Below, piece after piece: positions 19,629-32,100 of a stretch of DNA of 64,000 nucleotides (positions are counted from its first letter, which is position 1; each line of letters starts with the position of its first letter). The notes beneath the pieces were generated by a model. The model was not told where the DNA came from, ran no database searches, and saw only the letters and a list, made by a program, of their open reading frames with translations. The DNA lies in NCBI RefSeq assembly GCF_009834535.1, contig NC_045697.1, positions 30,630,001 to 30,694,000 on the forward strand, written 5' to 3'. This stretch comes from Camelus ferus (Eukaryota). A program made the position numbers and the translations under genes.

Positions 19629-20810
19629 CTGGAAGTTAAAGATAAAATAGAAATGATCATCACAAAGTCGCTGGAAATCAGTTATTCTGGGTTTTGAGTG
19701 CTCATTTTCTAACGAGGGAACTAATGCATCCCTCCCATCTTTAAAAGCATGAAGGCGTGAATTTTTAGGGTCCGGAAAAGGTACAGACTCAACTGGAAAA
19801 GGAAGAGTAAGATGTCGGTGGTGTAGATGAGCTATGAGTTCTGCTCTGTAGATGAATAGACGCTCTCACCCCTTCTCCCTTCAGCATCTCGAGTCCAACC
19901 CATCTAATTTTTGCTTCCCAACTATCAGAGGGGTGAGATTCCTGTCAAGTGGGCACATGTGTTCCGAACAGATCAGGCAGATGAGAAGGAAGAAAGAATA
20001 AAAACGAGGAAGACAAGGAGGTAAACACCCACGGCCCTGAACAGTGGAAAAGTGGTCTCCTCTTAGACAACATTCTTCTTGGCTCTCAGTACAAACTCAT
20101 GCCCCAGCCTGGTCCGAGGGGCCTTGGGGATAAGAAACGACCCTCCAGCGGATCACATCTTTAGAAAAGGCCTCTTGAAGTATAAAGAAGCAAAAGCATT
20201 AAACATGAGTATATGTAAATGAAAATAAATTATATGTGGAAGCAACATGAAACAAAAGATATATTACTAACACAAATACATTTACTACAGGGCTTTATAT
20301 ATTATATTCTTTTTTAGATCCTTGAAATGTTAAGAGGGCGTGATATCTAATAATTTCTTACAGCTCTAAATATTCATAAATATTTTTGAAGGGGAAAATA
20401 TATGTTTCATTGTGCAATGTTTCATACACATTTCATTGTGTATGAAAGCTGAAAAGGCTCTTGCAAAGTTATTCAAGTAGAAAAGATAACAATACAAGCT
20501 TTTAAGAGTTAAGATTTATTTTACTGGTTCTTTTTAAGATTTACAGAAGCAAGGGGCAGGCGGAAATATTTTTCTTTAAGTGAAAGCAGCAAGATTTCCA
20601 AATGCTTTGTCTCTTCTGCTGAAAGCAAGATTCGGTTGTGGTCAAAGGATTCTCTACACATTTGTTACTTACACAATATCTTGGAATTGTGCAAAACCTG
20701 TTTTAGGTGTTAATTTTAAAGAAATATCCCTAAAGTCAAAATACTGCTCTCATAAATGTTATGAGGGAATGGCAGAAAATGTGTTTAAAAACCAGAACTC
20801 AAATACTCAC

Positions 20811-20902
20811 GGAGCAGGTTTTGCTGCAATGATTCCGACGGGTACAAGTTCACATGGTTCTTCTTAAAGACGTTCTTGAGCAGTTGCGCCCTCTCGGTGA
20901 GG
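20811..20902 (-). CDS. ATP8A1: ATP8A1 penultimate exon
   Basis: (S)LTERAQLLKNVFKKNHVNLYPSESLQQNLL(H); ctacag acceptor, gtgagt donor; 92 bp, in phase with both neighbours. Confidence 0.95.
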
Positions 20903-23900
20903 CTGTAGAGCAGGTGCAAATGTGTGAAATGAATTATCAACTCAGGCGGAGACCCCAGAGTGCCCACAGGACCACCGGAGAGTTTGACTTAAACAAAAGA
21001 TTGCTTGAGACATCTGTAGTCTAGTCCTTTTACCCCATTTTCTCAGAGAGGAGGTGAGACTTCAAGAACTGAGATACTTTTGAGGCCGTTTCCTCCACAG
21101 CTAAGAAGAGTTTTGTCCCAAGTAGTCCAGCCAAAAGATTTCCCCACACCCCTCAGTTATATTTAAGACAAATGGAGACACAGAACTTGCAATTAATTAA
21201 CAATTAATAAAAAACACAAAATCTATTAGTAGTGTTAGCTTCTAAAATATTGGCTGACTTACCGCATATAGTAAGCATGGCATTTAAGAATTAAAAAATT
21301 AGCAATTACTATAACTTTTTCCTGCTTTGCACATATTCTGGTGTAAAATAATTTTCTCAGTTATACAGAGAAATCCCAAAAGTCATGCAAAGAGGAAATT
21401 TCACAGAATTTTTAATCAGAAAAATTCCATTGCCACTCTAATATGGTATGAAATGTGTTCCTTAATTTCAAAATAAAAAAAATAACTATTTTCAGAAAAT
21501 AATTTACTAGGTCAAGTGACAAGAAAAAACATTTATTTTTCAATAAACATTTAGAATAATCTTCTAGCAACAGAAGAAACAAATCCATGTAATTGTATCC
21601 CTTCTAAAAGCAGACTGCAAGAAATAACGCCTCTATTTTTCTTCATGGCACACAGAACAGTGTCTCACACAGTAGGAAGTCAAATATTTGTCGAATAAAT
21701 GAATTTGAGTAATAATTCTGAAACGCACTTTTAAACATCATCAATCCTCCCAAACACGCCATTTCTCCATTGGTTGATTTATGAAACTTCGCTTTGATAT
21801 CAAAGCCCATGCAAGCACGAAGCACTAATTAGTAATCCACATGTGTAGCAGCAAATGCTTATGCAATTTTGTTTTAACCACTGGAAATGACTCTGTGGAC
21901 AAATTTCCATCTTTTAGTTTCCCCACTGTAAAAGCTTTAGTTAAACCGCTGTAAGTTATGTTAGCTCTGTACTGTGCCAGATATTTTTAGACCCTGCAAT
22001 GGAATAATATTTATCATATGCAAGAAAAAAAAAAAAGGATCATCTGCAAAATGAACCCACTGCAATTACACATTTAGGCTTTTGTTGAAGTGAAATATTT
22101 AGAAATGTTGACATTGGTAGTAATCTTCCACACATACTTTTAAAAGTCCAGGGGTGTTAACTGGTACTTCTTAGACATACTTAATTGTCATTGGGAATTA
22201 AGGCAAGAAAGCTAATTAATCTAAAACTCCAGTGGTTTTGCAAATATTTGTAAAACTGTATTTGCAAATATTTGTAAAACTGGTTTTTGCCAGTGAAATA
22301 AGCAGATGGGGGACTGAGAGAGGGCCATTTTTATAGTCACTTTTCTTACTCTACTCTTAAAATGATCTAACATGACCGACCACGGGACTCTGAGGGACAC
22401 TAAAATATGTAGCTGCTTTGAGTGAGTCAGCAGCTTTAGCAGCAGGTGGTCTGATTTTGTTAGCAGAGCGCTGTGGATGGGGTGCTGGGGAGTCTCTGGT
22501 GTTCGAAGTGGAAATGACTACAGAAGACTGCAGGACGACAGTGTATCATTATGGAACTTCTTTTTCCCAAAATACGTTTTCCAGGTTTCAGGCAGGCCCT
22601 CCTAGATGCGTGATCCTTTAATGTTATAACACGGATGTGTTAGGAAGGCAGATGTGAGAACTCCGTCTTTCACATCATGGCTACTTAAATATATAAGATA
22701 ATGGAGTTCTGTTTTGTAATGGTTCATATAAGGCTGTACTTTCACTCAGCTATTACATCCAATTAATGTCTAGTGTTTGGAAAAAAGAAAAGAAAAAGAA
22801 AGTGTCTTTCTTGGGAAGGAAGCACACCACTGCAGAAGGAGCCTGGACTCTGAGTCCGCCACCTCCGGCAACCTTTCTCGGACACCTCACGTAGACCAGG
22901 AGGACCATTCCCACCCCTCTGGCTGACTGAGGAGTCCGGGAGGTGTACCACTTCCAGCACAGTTCCTGGCACTTCGGAAGCACTGAACAAGTGCTAGTTC
23001 TTCCCACCTTTCCCAGCCCCCAGATCCCAAGGAATTTATGATTAAAAAATCAGCTACAACAGAGGTCGGCACTAAAGATAATTTGTGAGAATCATTTCTG
23101 ATGTCTTGGTTTATATTCAGCATTATCTTGACGAGACATGTCTATGGCTGAACATGAGTTTTAATTTATAATGCCCCCAACTCCACTTCCTTAGTAGGAA
23201 AACTACTGGGTTTTTGTTCTGTTTTTTGTCTTAGCTATATCGACCCTCTTACGAGCAGAGAATCCCTCCTACATAACACGGATGCTGTTCACAGGAGGGT
23301 GCTTAATAAATCCTACGTGTTGATGATCCGTATTTCTCTAGTCTTATCCTGCCTTTAGGGAACAAATCATCATTTCAAAATGTTCTCTGCTATCAAGGTT
23401 TATGGGTACTGATATTACTGTCAAGTCACATTATAAAATACACTGGTAACATGTTAACATTAATGGATATGTTAAAAGTGCAGTTTTTGTTGAACAGCTT
23501 AACACAGTGTGAGAAGAAGAAAAAAAAAAAAGACTCCAGGATCCCTTCTAACTAAAACCACATCTTATTCACAACTCTTGGTCAGTAGTTTGACTCAATT
23601 TGTAGGGTCTTTCATTTACATACAAACCTCTGCAAATTTTGGATTTATTTAGTGCAATCACCCAACTACCACTTAAGTATTGTTAGGTCATTTCCAAGCC
23701 CACTAAACGCTTGCAACGTTAGTATCTGGTGGAGGTGAGGTGGAAATATACCATGTTTTAAAAGAACAGTTCATTTAGAAACACTAAAAAAAGTATAGGT
23801 AAAAACCCACTTACTATCCTGGAACACGTTATTTGAAGGTATTTTTCAGTTATCTTTGAAGAGTGGTAAACTTGTATTTGTTTCTGTATTGGGTTGCCAA

Positions 23901-25469
23901 GCTATTTTGGCTGACTCATTAAAATGGATCTCCAGAAAGTACAACCATTCATTCACGGAATGTTTTAGTGACAGCATATGACAGCTGTCCCTGTACTTTG
24001 TAGGGAGATCAATATACAAGAGCAGGCTGGGGGAAAACATCTGATATGTCCTCCTATCCTAAACCCTCACCAAGAAATTTATGTCATAAAGTCCAGTGCG
24101 AACACTGAGAAATACAGTTTCCTTTTCTATTAGTTCTGGGGTAAGGCTGAAATTGCTTTTCATTAAGACAAATAATACAGACACAGGCTGGGGAGACCAC
24201 CATCACTGTCCACAAGACCAAATTATCCGACATCCATACTTCCCTACTCTCTTCTTTGAAGTTAAGGCTGTGAGCCAAACAGTGGTGATGGAAATTAATG
24301 AGGACTGACCTGAAGATCCTGGGCTAAAATTCTACTTAGTAAAGGCCGATGATGATATGCTGGCTAATGTCTACAATTAGATATAAGAAGTTAGGAGTCT
24401 CATTACTCATATTGCCTGTCGTAAGATGTATTGCTTCACACGCACATGAAAGATACCCAGTAATCACTGCCTTGTCTCCAATGAGCCCAGTGTCCACAAG
24501 CCTTTGTTTTAAACCTTTGGGTTTCTGAATTCACATTTTGTTTTGTTGTGTTTTGGAAAAAGTAATATGTAACACACGACTTATAGACGTAATACTCCCA
24601 TGTGGGATCTGCGAGGCCCATATTCCAAAAATGAATATTTCTGCTATATAATATAGAAATTTTTACATTGTAGAAAAGATAAACACTATCAATGTCCTTA
24701 TATTTATAGAACAACTGGTTTAGGTTTCTCCAGCAAATTTGGCTCTAAAACTAAGGAAAAAAATTGAATTTCAAAGCTTTTTGGATTTTGGAAATGAAGA
24801 TGCTTCTCTCTAGTGTTGGAGGATGTATGTTCACATAAAAGTAATAGCAAAAACCAGGGTTTCACGGCTGATAAGTCATCTTCTTAACCCAAAATAGTAA
24901 GCCGTGGCTACACAGTGATTAGGAATAACGTTTGGCTGTATTCTCCCAACATTTTAGACTTAAATTTGATTTCTGTCATAACCCATGGCTCAAAGTCAAT
25001 ATACTGAGATGATGAAACATACCTTTTCCCTCAAAATTTCAGTGTAAAATTACAACGTACCTAATTTGCTGGATAATATGATGTAGTATACTATTTCTAT
25101 AAAAAAGACTAATTATTTTAACTAAGATGTTTTGATTTTTGAAAATGAGTAGAGATGAGAGATAAATTATTATAAATACTAATCTGGATACAGTGCTTAT
25201 GAGATACAGTTTCTCTGACACAGTTTCATTTTACATCTAGCTTGACTTCATAGTAGTGCTTAGTGATGATTTAAAAAAAATTGAGGATGATCAACTCAAG
25301 AGCTTTCTTAAGAACTGCATCATTCTATGACAAAAAAGTAAACACACATCACTTTGGACGGCACTAGTTTGGGAAATGTGACCTATATAATTCTGTGTTC
25401 TTCTCTATCACATTTTAATTTAACCACCCACAGGTCAACCCACCACTCAACTATCCTTATCCCTTCCAT

Positions 25470-25900
25470 CCATGCTTTCATTCATTCATTCATGCCTTGG
25501 TTCATTCTCTTGACAACTCGTTCATCCATTCAAAAAATGTTTATTGAGTGCTACTATGTTCCTGGCTCTGTGGTTGGTGCTGGGTTGCAGTTAAGACTAA
25601 GACAGAGGCCTCTCCTCCAAGGAGCTCAATCTAGTAGGGGAAACAAACAAATACAGGACGAACAAATACACTATAAAGCAATAAATGTAAAAACAGAAAA
25701 ATAAAATACAGAGACAGCAGAGTAGGAATTGATTTTCTCTCTTAAAAGTTGAGGCAATTAGATTTGAACTGGGTTTTGAAAGCTGGGAATTGGATTACCC
25801 AGTCTGTCAGAGGGTATCGGCTCCTAGGCAAGGGAACAGCACGTGCAAAGACTGGGAGGCACTGGAGCTAAAGGAAGTCTGGTATCACTAGAATACACAG
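25470..25900 (-). repeat. L2 LINE fragment
   Basis: ttcattcattcat...tttattgagtgctactatgttcctggctctg...ggagctcaatctagtaggggaaac, the L2 3' end. Confidence 0.65.
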
Positions 25901-26910
25901 AAATCACAATTTCTCCCTCTTTGAAAGATGCAGATAAAATTAGCTAATTGTTTGAAATTTGACATTAATCTCATTCTCCAAGATTTCTGACTTAATTCTG
26001 ACAGTAAAATCAACCTGGCAATTTCTAAATTGCCTTAGAATGTAATTAGTTTTGTGTGAAGACTGTTCTAACCAGTTCCCACGTTGCCTCTTTCACACAT
26101 CTTTTCCTTCCCCTCCTCGCTAGCCATCATTTAGCAGGGAGACCCATGGTCTCGCTCCCCATCACCACCCTTCTGATCACTGATGGGCAGCAGTGGCAAT
26201 GTGGGGCATGTGCTGGACCACAGGTTTTTGTCTGGTACTCAGCAAACAGCTAACTTAGTCCTGAGTTCTTAAGAAAAGCTGAACAGCTATTTTAGGCAAA
26301 TGAGCTGAGTGGCAGGAAATTTATCTGATGCACTTTCTGTGGCGAGGTTGATGGTCATTTATGGTAGAATTCACTTCTTCCCTTTTAGGCTCTCTGACTT
26401 ATTTACTGGAAGGGGTTACACACAGCACAGACTCACTGAATCTTTAGGATCTCGAAGTCAGAGGTCATCACAGCAAACCCTCAGCCTGATTTCTGAATTG
26501 TTGAAGTCACCAGTATACTATAAATGATGAAAACGAAGTATCATGTGGAGGGGCTCAATGTAAGTTTTATTAATATACAAACAGGAGAAATTTACTAAAA
26601 GTAGTAACAGTATTAAGTATTATCAGTGGCTTTTCCCTAATTCTGTGAGCTAGAACTCTAACCATGTTTTTTTTATAGCTAGAGTGGAAGAGAGAAAAAA
26701 CATTTACTGAGGTAATATTTATGAACGGCCATGGCATCAATGTAGATGTGGAGATGAAGGGAAGAGATGCAGGGGAAGGTGGAGGGAGGCACTATACCTG
26801 TAACTCTGAAGGCAGGTGTATCCACCCATCACGCACACAGAGACACCGACTTGGAGAAGCTAAGAACTGTCAAGTTAGCGGCAGGCCATTTTTGTTGCTA
26901 TCCCACACTC

Positions 26911-27036
26911 CTTTTTTTTTCAGTTAATTTTTAAATTTAAAAACAATTTTTTTTTTTAAAGGTAGGTACTGGGGAATTGAGCCCAGGATGTTGTGTATGT
27001 TAAGCATGCGCTCTACCACTGAGCTATGCCCTTCCG
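26911..27036 (-). mobile_element. tRNA-derived SINE (camelid Vic-1-like)
   Basis: Reverse complement GGAAGGGCATAGCTCAGTGGTAGAGCGCATGCTTAAC...TCCTGGGCTCAATTCCCCAGTACC with an A-rich tail. Confidence 0.85.
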
Positions 27037-27889
27037 CCTCCATGTTCTTAAGAAGCAGCAAAAGGAGGCAGGACTAGTGTGTGGTTAGCAGCGGGGGCTC
27101 TAGAATCAATTGATGTGGGCTCACGGTGGTCACGTCTGACCTTGAGAACCTCTCTAAGCCCCAGTTTCCTCATCTGGAAAAGATAGGGATGATGGACTCG
27201 TATAGGTTGTTACAGGGACCCAATGCGAGAGCACCTATGAAGTGGTAAGTGCAGGGCTAGCGCGTGGTGAGTGCCCCCCAGAGGCCAGTGCTCTCATTTT
27301 AAATAGAGTCACAGTCTGGTGTGTGGCGTGTCCCTCTGTCCTAGCGAGAGCCAGAGAGAGGGCCGGAAGCCAAGGTCTCAGCTCCACTTCCCAGTCCGAC
27401 ACTTACTCCATTGTGTCCAGCTGAATAACAACAGTGACACACAATGAAGGTGACACAGACCAGGGCAAAATGTTTCCTGTGGTTGAGACAAAACTTAAGC
27501 TCATTTTAGTGTGATGAAAGGGAGAAAGAATAAATTCCTGGTATTTTCTTCAAAATTGTGTTTTATTGTGGTGTGCTTTCAAAAACTTTAATTTCCTTTT
27601 TATAATGCTTTTGTGAAATTTAGTAAATTCGATTAGTTTCCTAATCTTCTTTTCTGAGGGGGAGAGGGGAGAGGGCTGGTCGTGAGGAAGAGGACTTGGA
27701 AGACATAACTCACTTCGTGCAAGACACATGCCCAGCTCAGTTCTGAACAATGCACTGAACCATGAATGCAACTGTAGGAGAGTTTTATGTCAAGCTCCGA
27801 TTTTGGTTACATTCTACTGTGTTAGGGATGCTGTTTCAAGCTAAAAGTCTTTTCCCCCCTTTTTCAGTTTAATTATACAACACAATTTG

Positions 27890-28120
27890 TAACTACCATT
27901 TATTTAGTGCTCATTGAGCACCAGACAGCAAGCTACCTGTTTTATGGACAGTATTTTAATCAATCCTCACAACTAGCCACGAGGTAGGTATTATCACCCC
28001 CAGTTTATACGTGAGGAAACTGAGGCTCAGTAGCACGAAGCCACGTGGCTAAAGCCACATACAGCTTAGTGACTGAAAGATCTGATTTGAATCCACATCT
28101 CTCTGATTCCAAAAGCTGTC
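27890..28120. repeat. MIR SINE
   Basis: aatcctcacaac...gaggtaggtattatcacccccagttt...gaggaaactgaggctcag. Confidence 0.75.
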
Positions 28121-28253
28121 AGTGACACTTTGATCCACGTTAGTTAGCTCCACGTTAACCGATAAACACAGGTTTAATCACGTATTTCCAATCATTGGCA
28201 AAAGAAAAATTAAAAGTTCATTTGGAAAAGAACATATATAGTGTGTAGTTTAC

Positions 28254-28346
28254 CTTTTTCCAAGCACAACTGCTCCTGGGTCTTGAGATTTTGCCTCCAG
28301 CTCCTGAACTTCATCTACTAATGTTTTAAAAGCAGTCCTTTTGATA
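28254..28346 (-). CDS. ATP8A1: ATP8A1 exon
   Basis: (V)IKRTAFKTLVDEVQELEAKSQDPGAVVLGK(S); tgcag acceptor, gtaaac donor; 93 bp. Confidence 0.95.
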
Positions 28347-29043
28347 CTGCAGAAACAGGATGCAAGTATTAGCATGAAGATTTAAGACTCTATGAAATTG
28401 GCTTTTATCATGCTGCTGATAAATACAAGAGTAACCAGATTACAAACAGCAGCTTTTCCACAGAATCTAAAAAATTACAGTAATTTTGGGCATTAATATA
28501 ATTATAGGAACAATAGTCATTAAATAAATGGTTTAGGTTTATAATATGAAAACCCTTATTCCTATTAAATAAGCATCATACGACTAACTTTAATAATATC
28601 TTTTTTTGTGGGAAGAGATAACATTTTAAAACTTACAATTCTTGAGAAAGATTAGCAAAGTTGTAATTTCTTTCATTCTATACTTTACATATGTTAAGAA
28701 TCAAGCAAGCAAAAAATTTCCTTTCACAATTCTTGTTTACTAAAACTTTAAATCTATGTGTTTGGAGATAATAGAATTTTTTCTTCCACCCTGAATGGGT
28801 TTTTCAGGCTGATTAATAAAAATGTTAAATTGAAGCTACCTGTTCTTCATCTGTTCCATCTTTTACGCTAATTTATTTTTTTAGTTCTTTAATCATTTCT
28901 TTCTTCTTTATTTATATAGAATTCATTAATATTACTAATTCCTATTGTGCAAGCTCTAAACTCGAGTTGAAGTTACAACTAGAGAAATCTGAGGGTTAAT
29001 AAGCACCTATGCTTCTGTGTATGTGACTGAGTATTATACTTAC

Positions 29044-29132
29044 ACTTTGTACACCACATCAAGAAGCAAAGATGCCACAGGGATAAATAAGAGGCCGGTC
29101 CAAAAGACTCCGGAACTAAACAACATGGCTGC
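29044..29132 (-). CDS. ATP8A1: ATP8A1 exon (last TM helix)
   Basis: AAMLFSSGVFWTGLLFIPVASLLLDVVYK(V); acgcag acceptor, gtaagt donor; 89 bp. Confidence 0.95.
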
Positions 29133-32100
29133 CTGCGTAAACCGTCAGAAACAGCATTACTTTAAAACCAAGAAATACAGCATGCACGTTTAGTTTTCAT
29201 ATGATTTCAAGTAGAATAATTTTAAGAATCTCATTCTGCAAGAGGGTATACAATAACTTTGAATTCAAGCTTGAGAAGTATTTGGAATTAAAAGCCAAAT
29301 TTATTAAAACATGCATTTACTGTATCTCTTTTTTCCCTCAAGTAGTTAATATAGCAAAGTTTTACCATGTGCCAAATCTTTTCATATTTTTCTGTGAAAT
29401 TTTTATTATTGTGACAGTACATGGATGGAGTAATAAACTTTAATCTACTTTTATAACTTAGAATATAAAAATCAATCTGTTTGAGCAAACTTCAAACATA
29501 CTCTGGATTAAGTTCCCCTATAATACAATATGTAAAATCAATCCCAATTAGAAACTAAATTTACTATTTCTGGCAAATAAAAATTAACTTTACTTTTCTG
29601 AAATATTACATGACATTAAAAGATCATCTGGATAAATCATGAATACAGTATAAACAAATTAAGGTATCTATGAAAAAATAACAATTTGATGTTATTACTT
29701 TTTGTTCAAAGATTTACATAATTTGTTTTGGTGCATCCTGTTACTGGCAAACTCAAACCAAATACCTAGTATGTAAAACCTAAACCAAAGTGTATTCAAA
29801 TGACTTTAAGCATTTTTTGTATTAAATCCCAAATTACTATAAAATATCAGAGCCTTTTGGGTTGCAAAGAAAATGATTCTATAATTTAAAAAATTAATAA
29901 ATTGTATTAGTTATGTGCAATTATAATAAAAAATACTTTATAATGTAATTAGGTTACTTCAAGCTTAGAGGAATAGTATCACATAATAAAACCAAAAGGA
30001 TTATTTTGTTTCACTTTGAGTCTATTTGTTTATCAAGAATAAATCTGCAGTATCTCTTTAAATCTGTAGCTAACGCATGCACATTTACATCCTACTAAAA
30101 ATCACACAAGAAATGTTTTTTAACCAGGCATGGGGTCAGGAATTAAAAATGATTCAGAGTTTAATTCGTATAGGCAGTTTCACAATGACACATAAATAGT
30201 CCTAAGCAATCAATCCTTATCAAATATAAAGACGACTAATTTTAAGTTATGTTTCAGATTACCTATTCACTTTGACTCTCAACTGAAGACCAGAAAGTGC
30301 TGTTTAATTTTTTTTTTCCTACGTTAACACAAGCTTACTGACACAATTTTCGGTACAAGGATACTCAGGTTTTCCCCTACCTAGGATGAACAGCTCTGAA
30401 CACGTTTAAAATAAAAACACTCTTTTCCCTCAAATTTCAGAAAATAAATGTTGCCACGTGGGTTCAATGGCACAGCACCCAGTCTAGACACCACCAAGAT
30501 GAAAAATAGTCCATAAAAGTCACTTTATTTTATAAGCAAAACATGATCTTCGACATGTTTGCTGACATCTTCAATAGTGAAAACCAACAAGAACTGTGTA
30601 ATAGGAAGTGTCCATCAAGTCGGTGGGTTTTGTTTAGTCGGGAGGAAGCTTCGGAGTAAGGTAATGACTGCAAAATGCCACATTTCCTTCTCCTGCTGCG
30701 GGAAAAAGGTAAGATAAGATTCTAAGTCATGTAACTGAAAGTACCCCGTTTACGTGACTTAATTTTAATCTTTTTTAATTTGGGGAGGTGGGCAAGAGAA
30801 GAAAGATTTCTTCTTGCCTTTGCCACCTTGTATTAAGTGTCCGCTGGGGCAGCAGAGGGGAGGCTGGGGCCGCTAATTCTGACCATTGTGATGTTAACGA
30901 TGACGGCGACACTGGCGCCCACTATTCAGTCCCCCAGCCTTTGGCTTTGCAAATGAACACCATGAATTGAGGGGAAAGAAGTTTTTCTGCGTCATATCTG
31001 AAAGCCTGTCAGATTTTTTTTTTCCTTTTGCAGAGTTAATCCAAACCTAAAAGATTTAAAGCTGACATTCGCATTAAAGACAGAGAGTCTCTTTGTATTT
31101 TTTGGATGGGGGTTTGGGGGGAATAAAAATCCCACAGAGGTATTTCCTTCCTTTCTGTACAAGAAAGCCTCCCCCGCTCTCTGTAGAGACCATTTTTGTC
31201 TCTAACTTTTCACATCTCTCCCCTCACAGGCAGGTCAGCTGGGAACAGACGCCCGACCCCGCAGACAATGGGGTAACGGGAGCAGCCTGTGCTGGGCTGG
31301 GCTCGGGCTCCCTCCGAGAGCAGTTTGCAAGTCGCCCCTAACGTGGGAGATTGGGGGGCCCTGCCAAGCGGCCTCGCCGCCCCTCCTCGAGGCCCTGTGA
31401 AACCGAATGGAATCCGCCACAAAAGTGGCTCCCAGGGGACCTGAGAAAGGCTCAGCCCTGGGGGCTGCAAAACGGTACACTGAAGGACCCAGGCCCTGCT
31501 GGAACAAACAGCTGCTTGTCTGCAGAGCGATGCTGCCTCAGCATCGGGCCACGCGGACTTCCAACGTGAACCACTGCTGCTGGAAAGCGCCAGCTGTGGC
31601 GCTGGAGGGAAGAACTGTTCTGAAATTTCCCAGTGAACTTGCAGAGAGAGAACGGTTGAGAAAATCCCAGCTCCTGTGCAGTCAGCCAAGCCCAGGGGCC
31701 TGACCCGATAAGAGGGCTGACCTTCTGATTCACAGTGAGGTGACCCTGTGGTACGGACGTCCCCATCTAGAGAGGAACACTTACTTCTTCACCTGCAGGC
31801 TCCCCCAGGTTGGTGTTGGAGGAGAGAATTTCGATGTGCTACCTGCCTACAAATCTTCAGCCACGCACTTCTTAAGTCTGCCCCTCTTTTTACCCTATAA
31901 ATGTCGGAGCGGGGCACAAGGATGCTGATTCTTCACTAAAGCACAGACGCTGTCTAAATAAGAAGGCCCCCCTGGGAGTCCTAAAACTATATCCGCAGAC
32001 CCCACCTGGGGCAGGGTGGTGATAAACAGCCCTGCAAGCAGGCCGGGCTCTGCCCTTCCCAGCTCTCTGAGCTGGGGAAAGTAACCTGGGAGTCTAGCTT

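Noticed and set aside
26960..27036. tRNA genes (also 4660-4737 and 41867-41950)
   Set aside because: These are tRNA-like heads with A-rich tails and substitutions or insertions that break the cloverleaf, so they are SINEs.
31210..31766. Several overlapping 60-159 aa ORFs
   Set aside because: Expected from high GC content. No recognisable domain.
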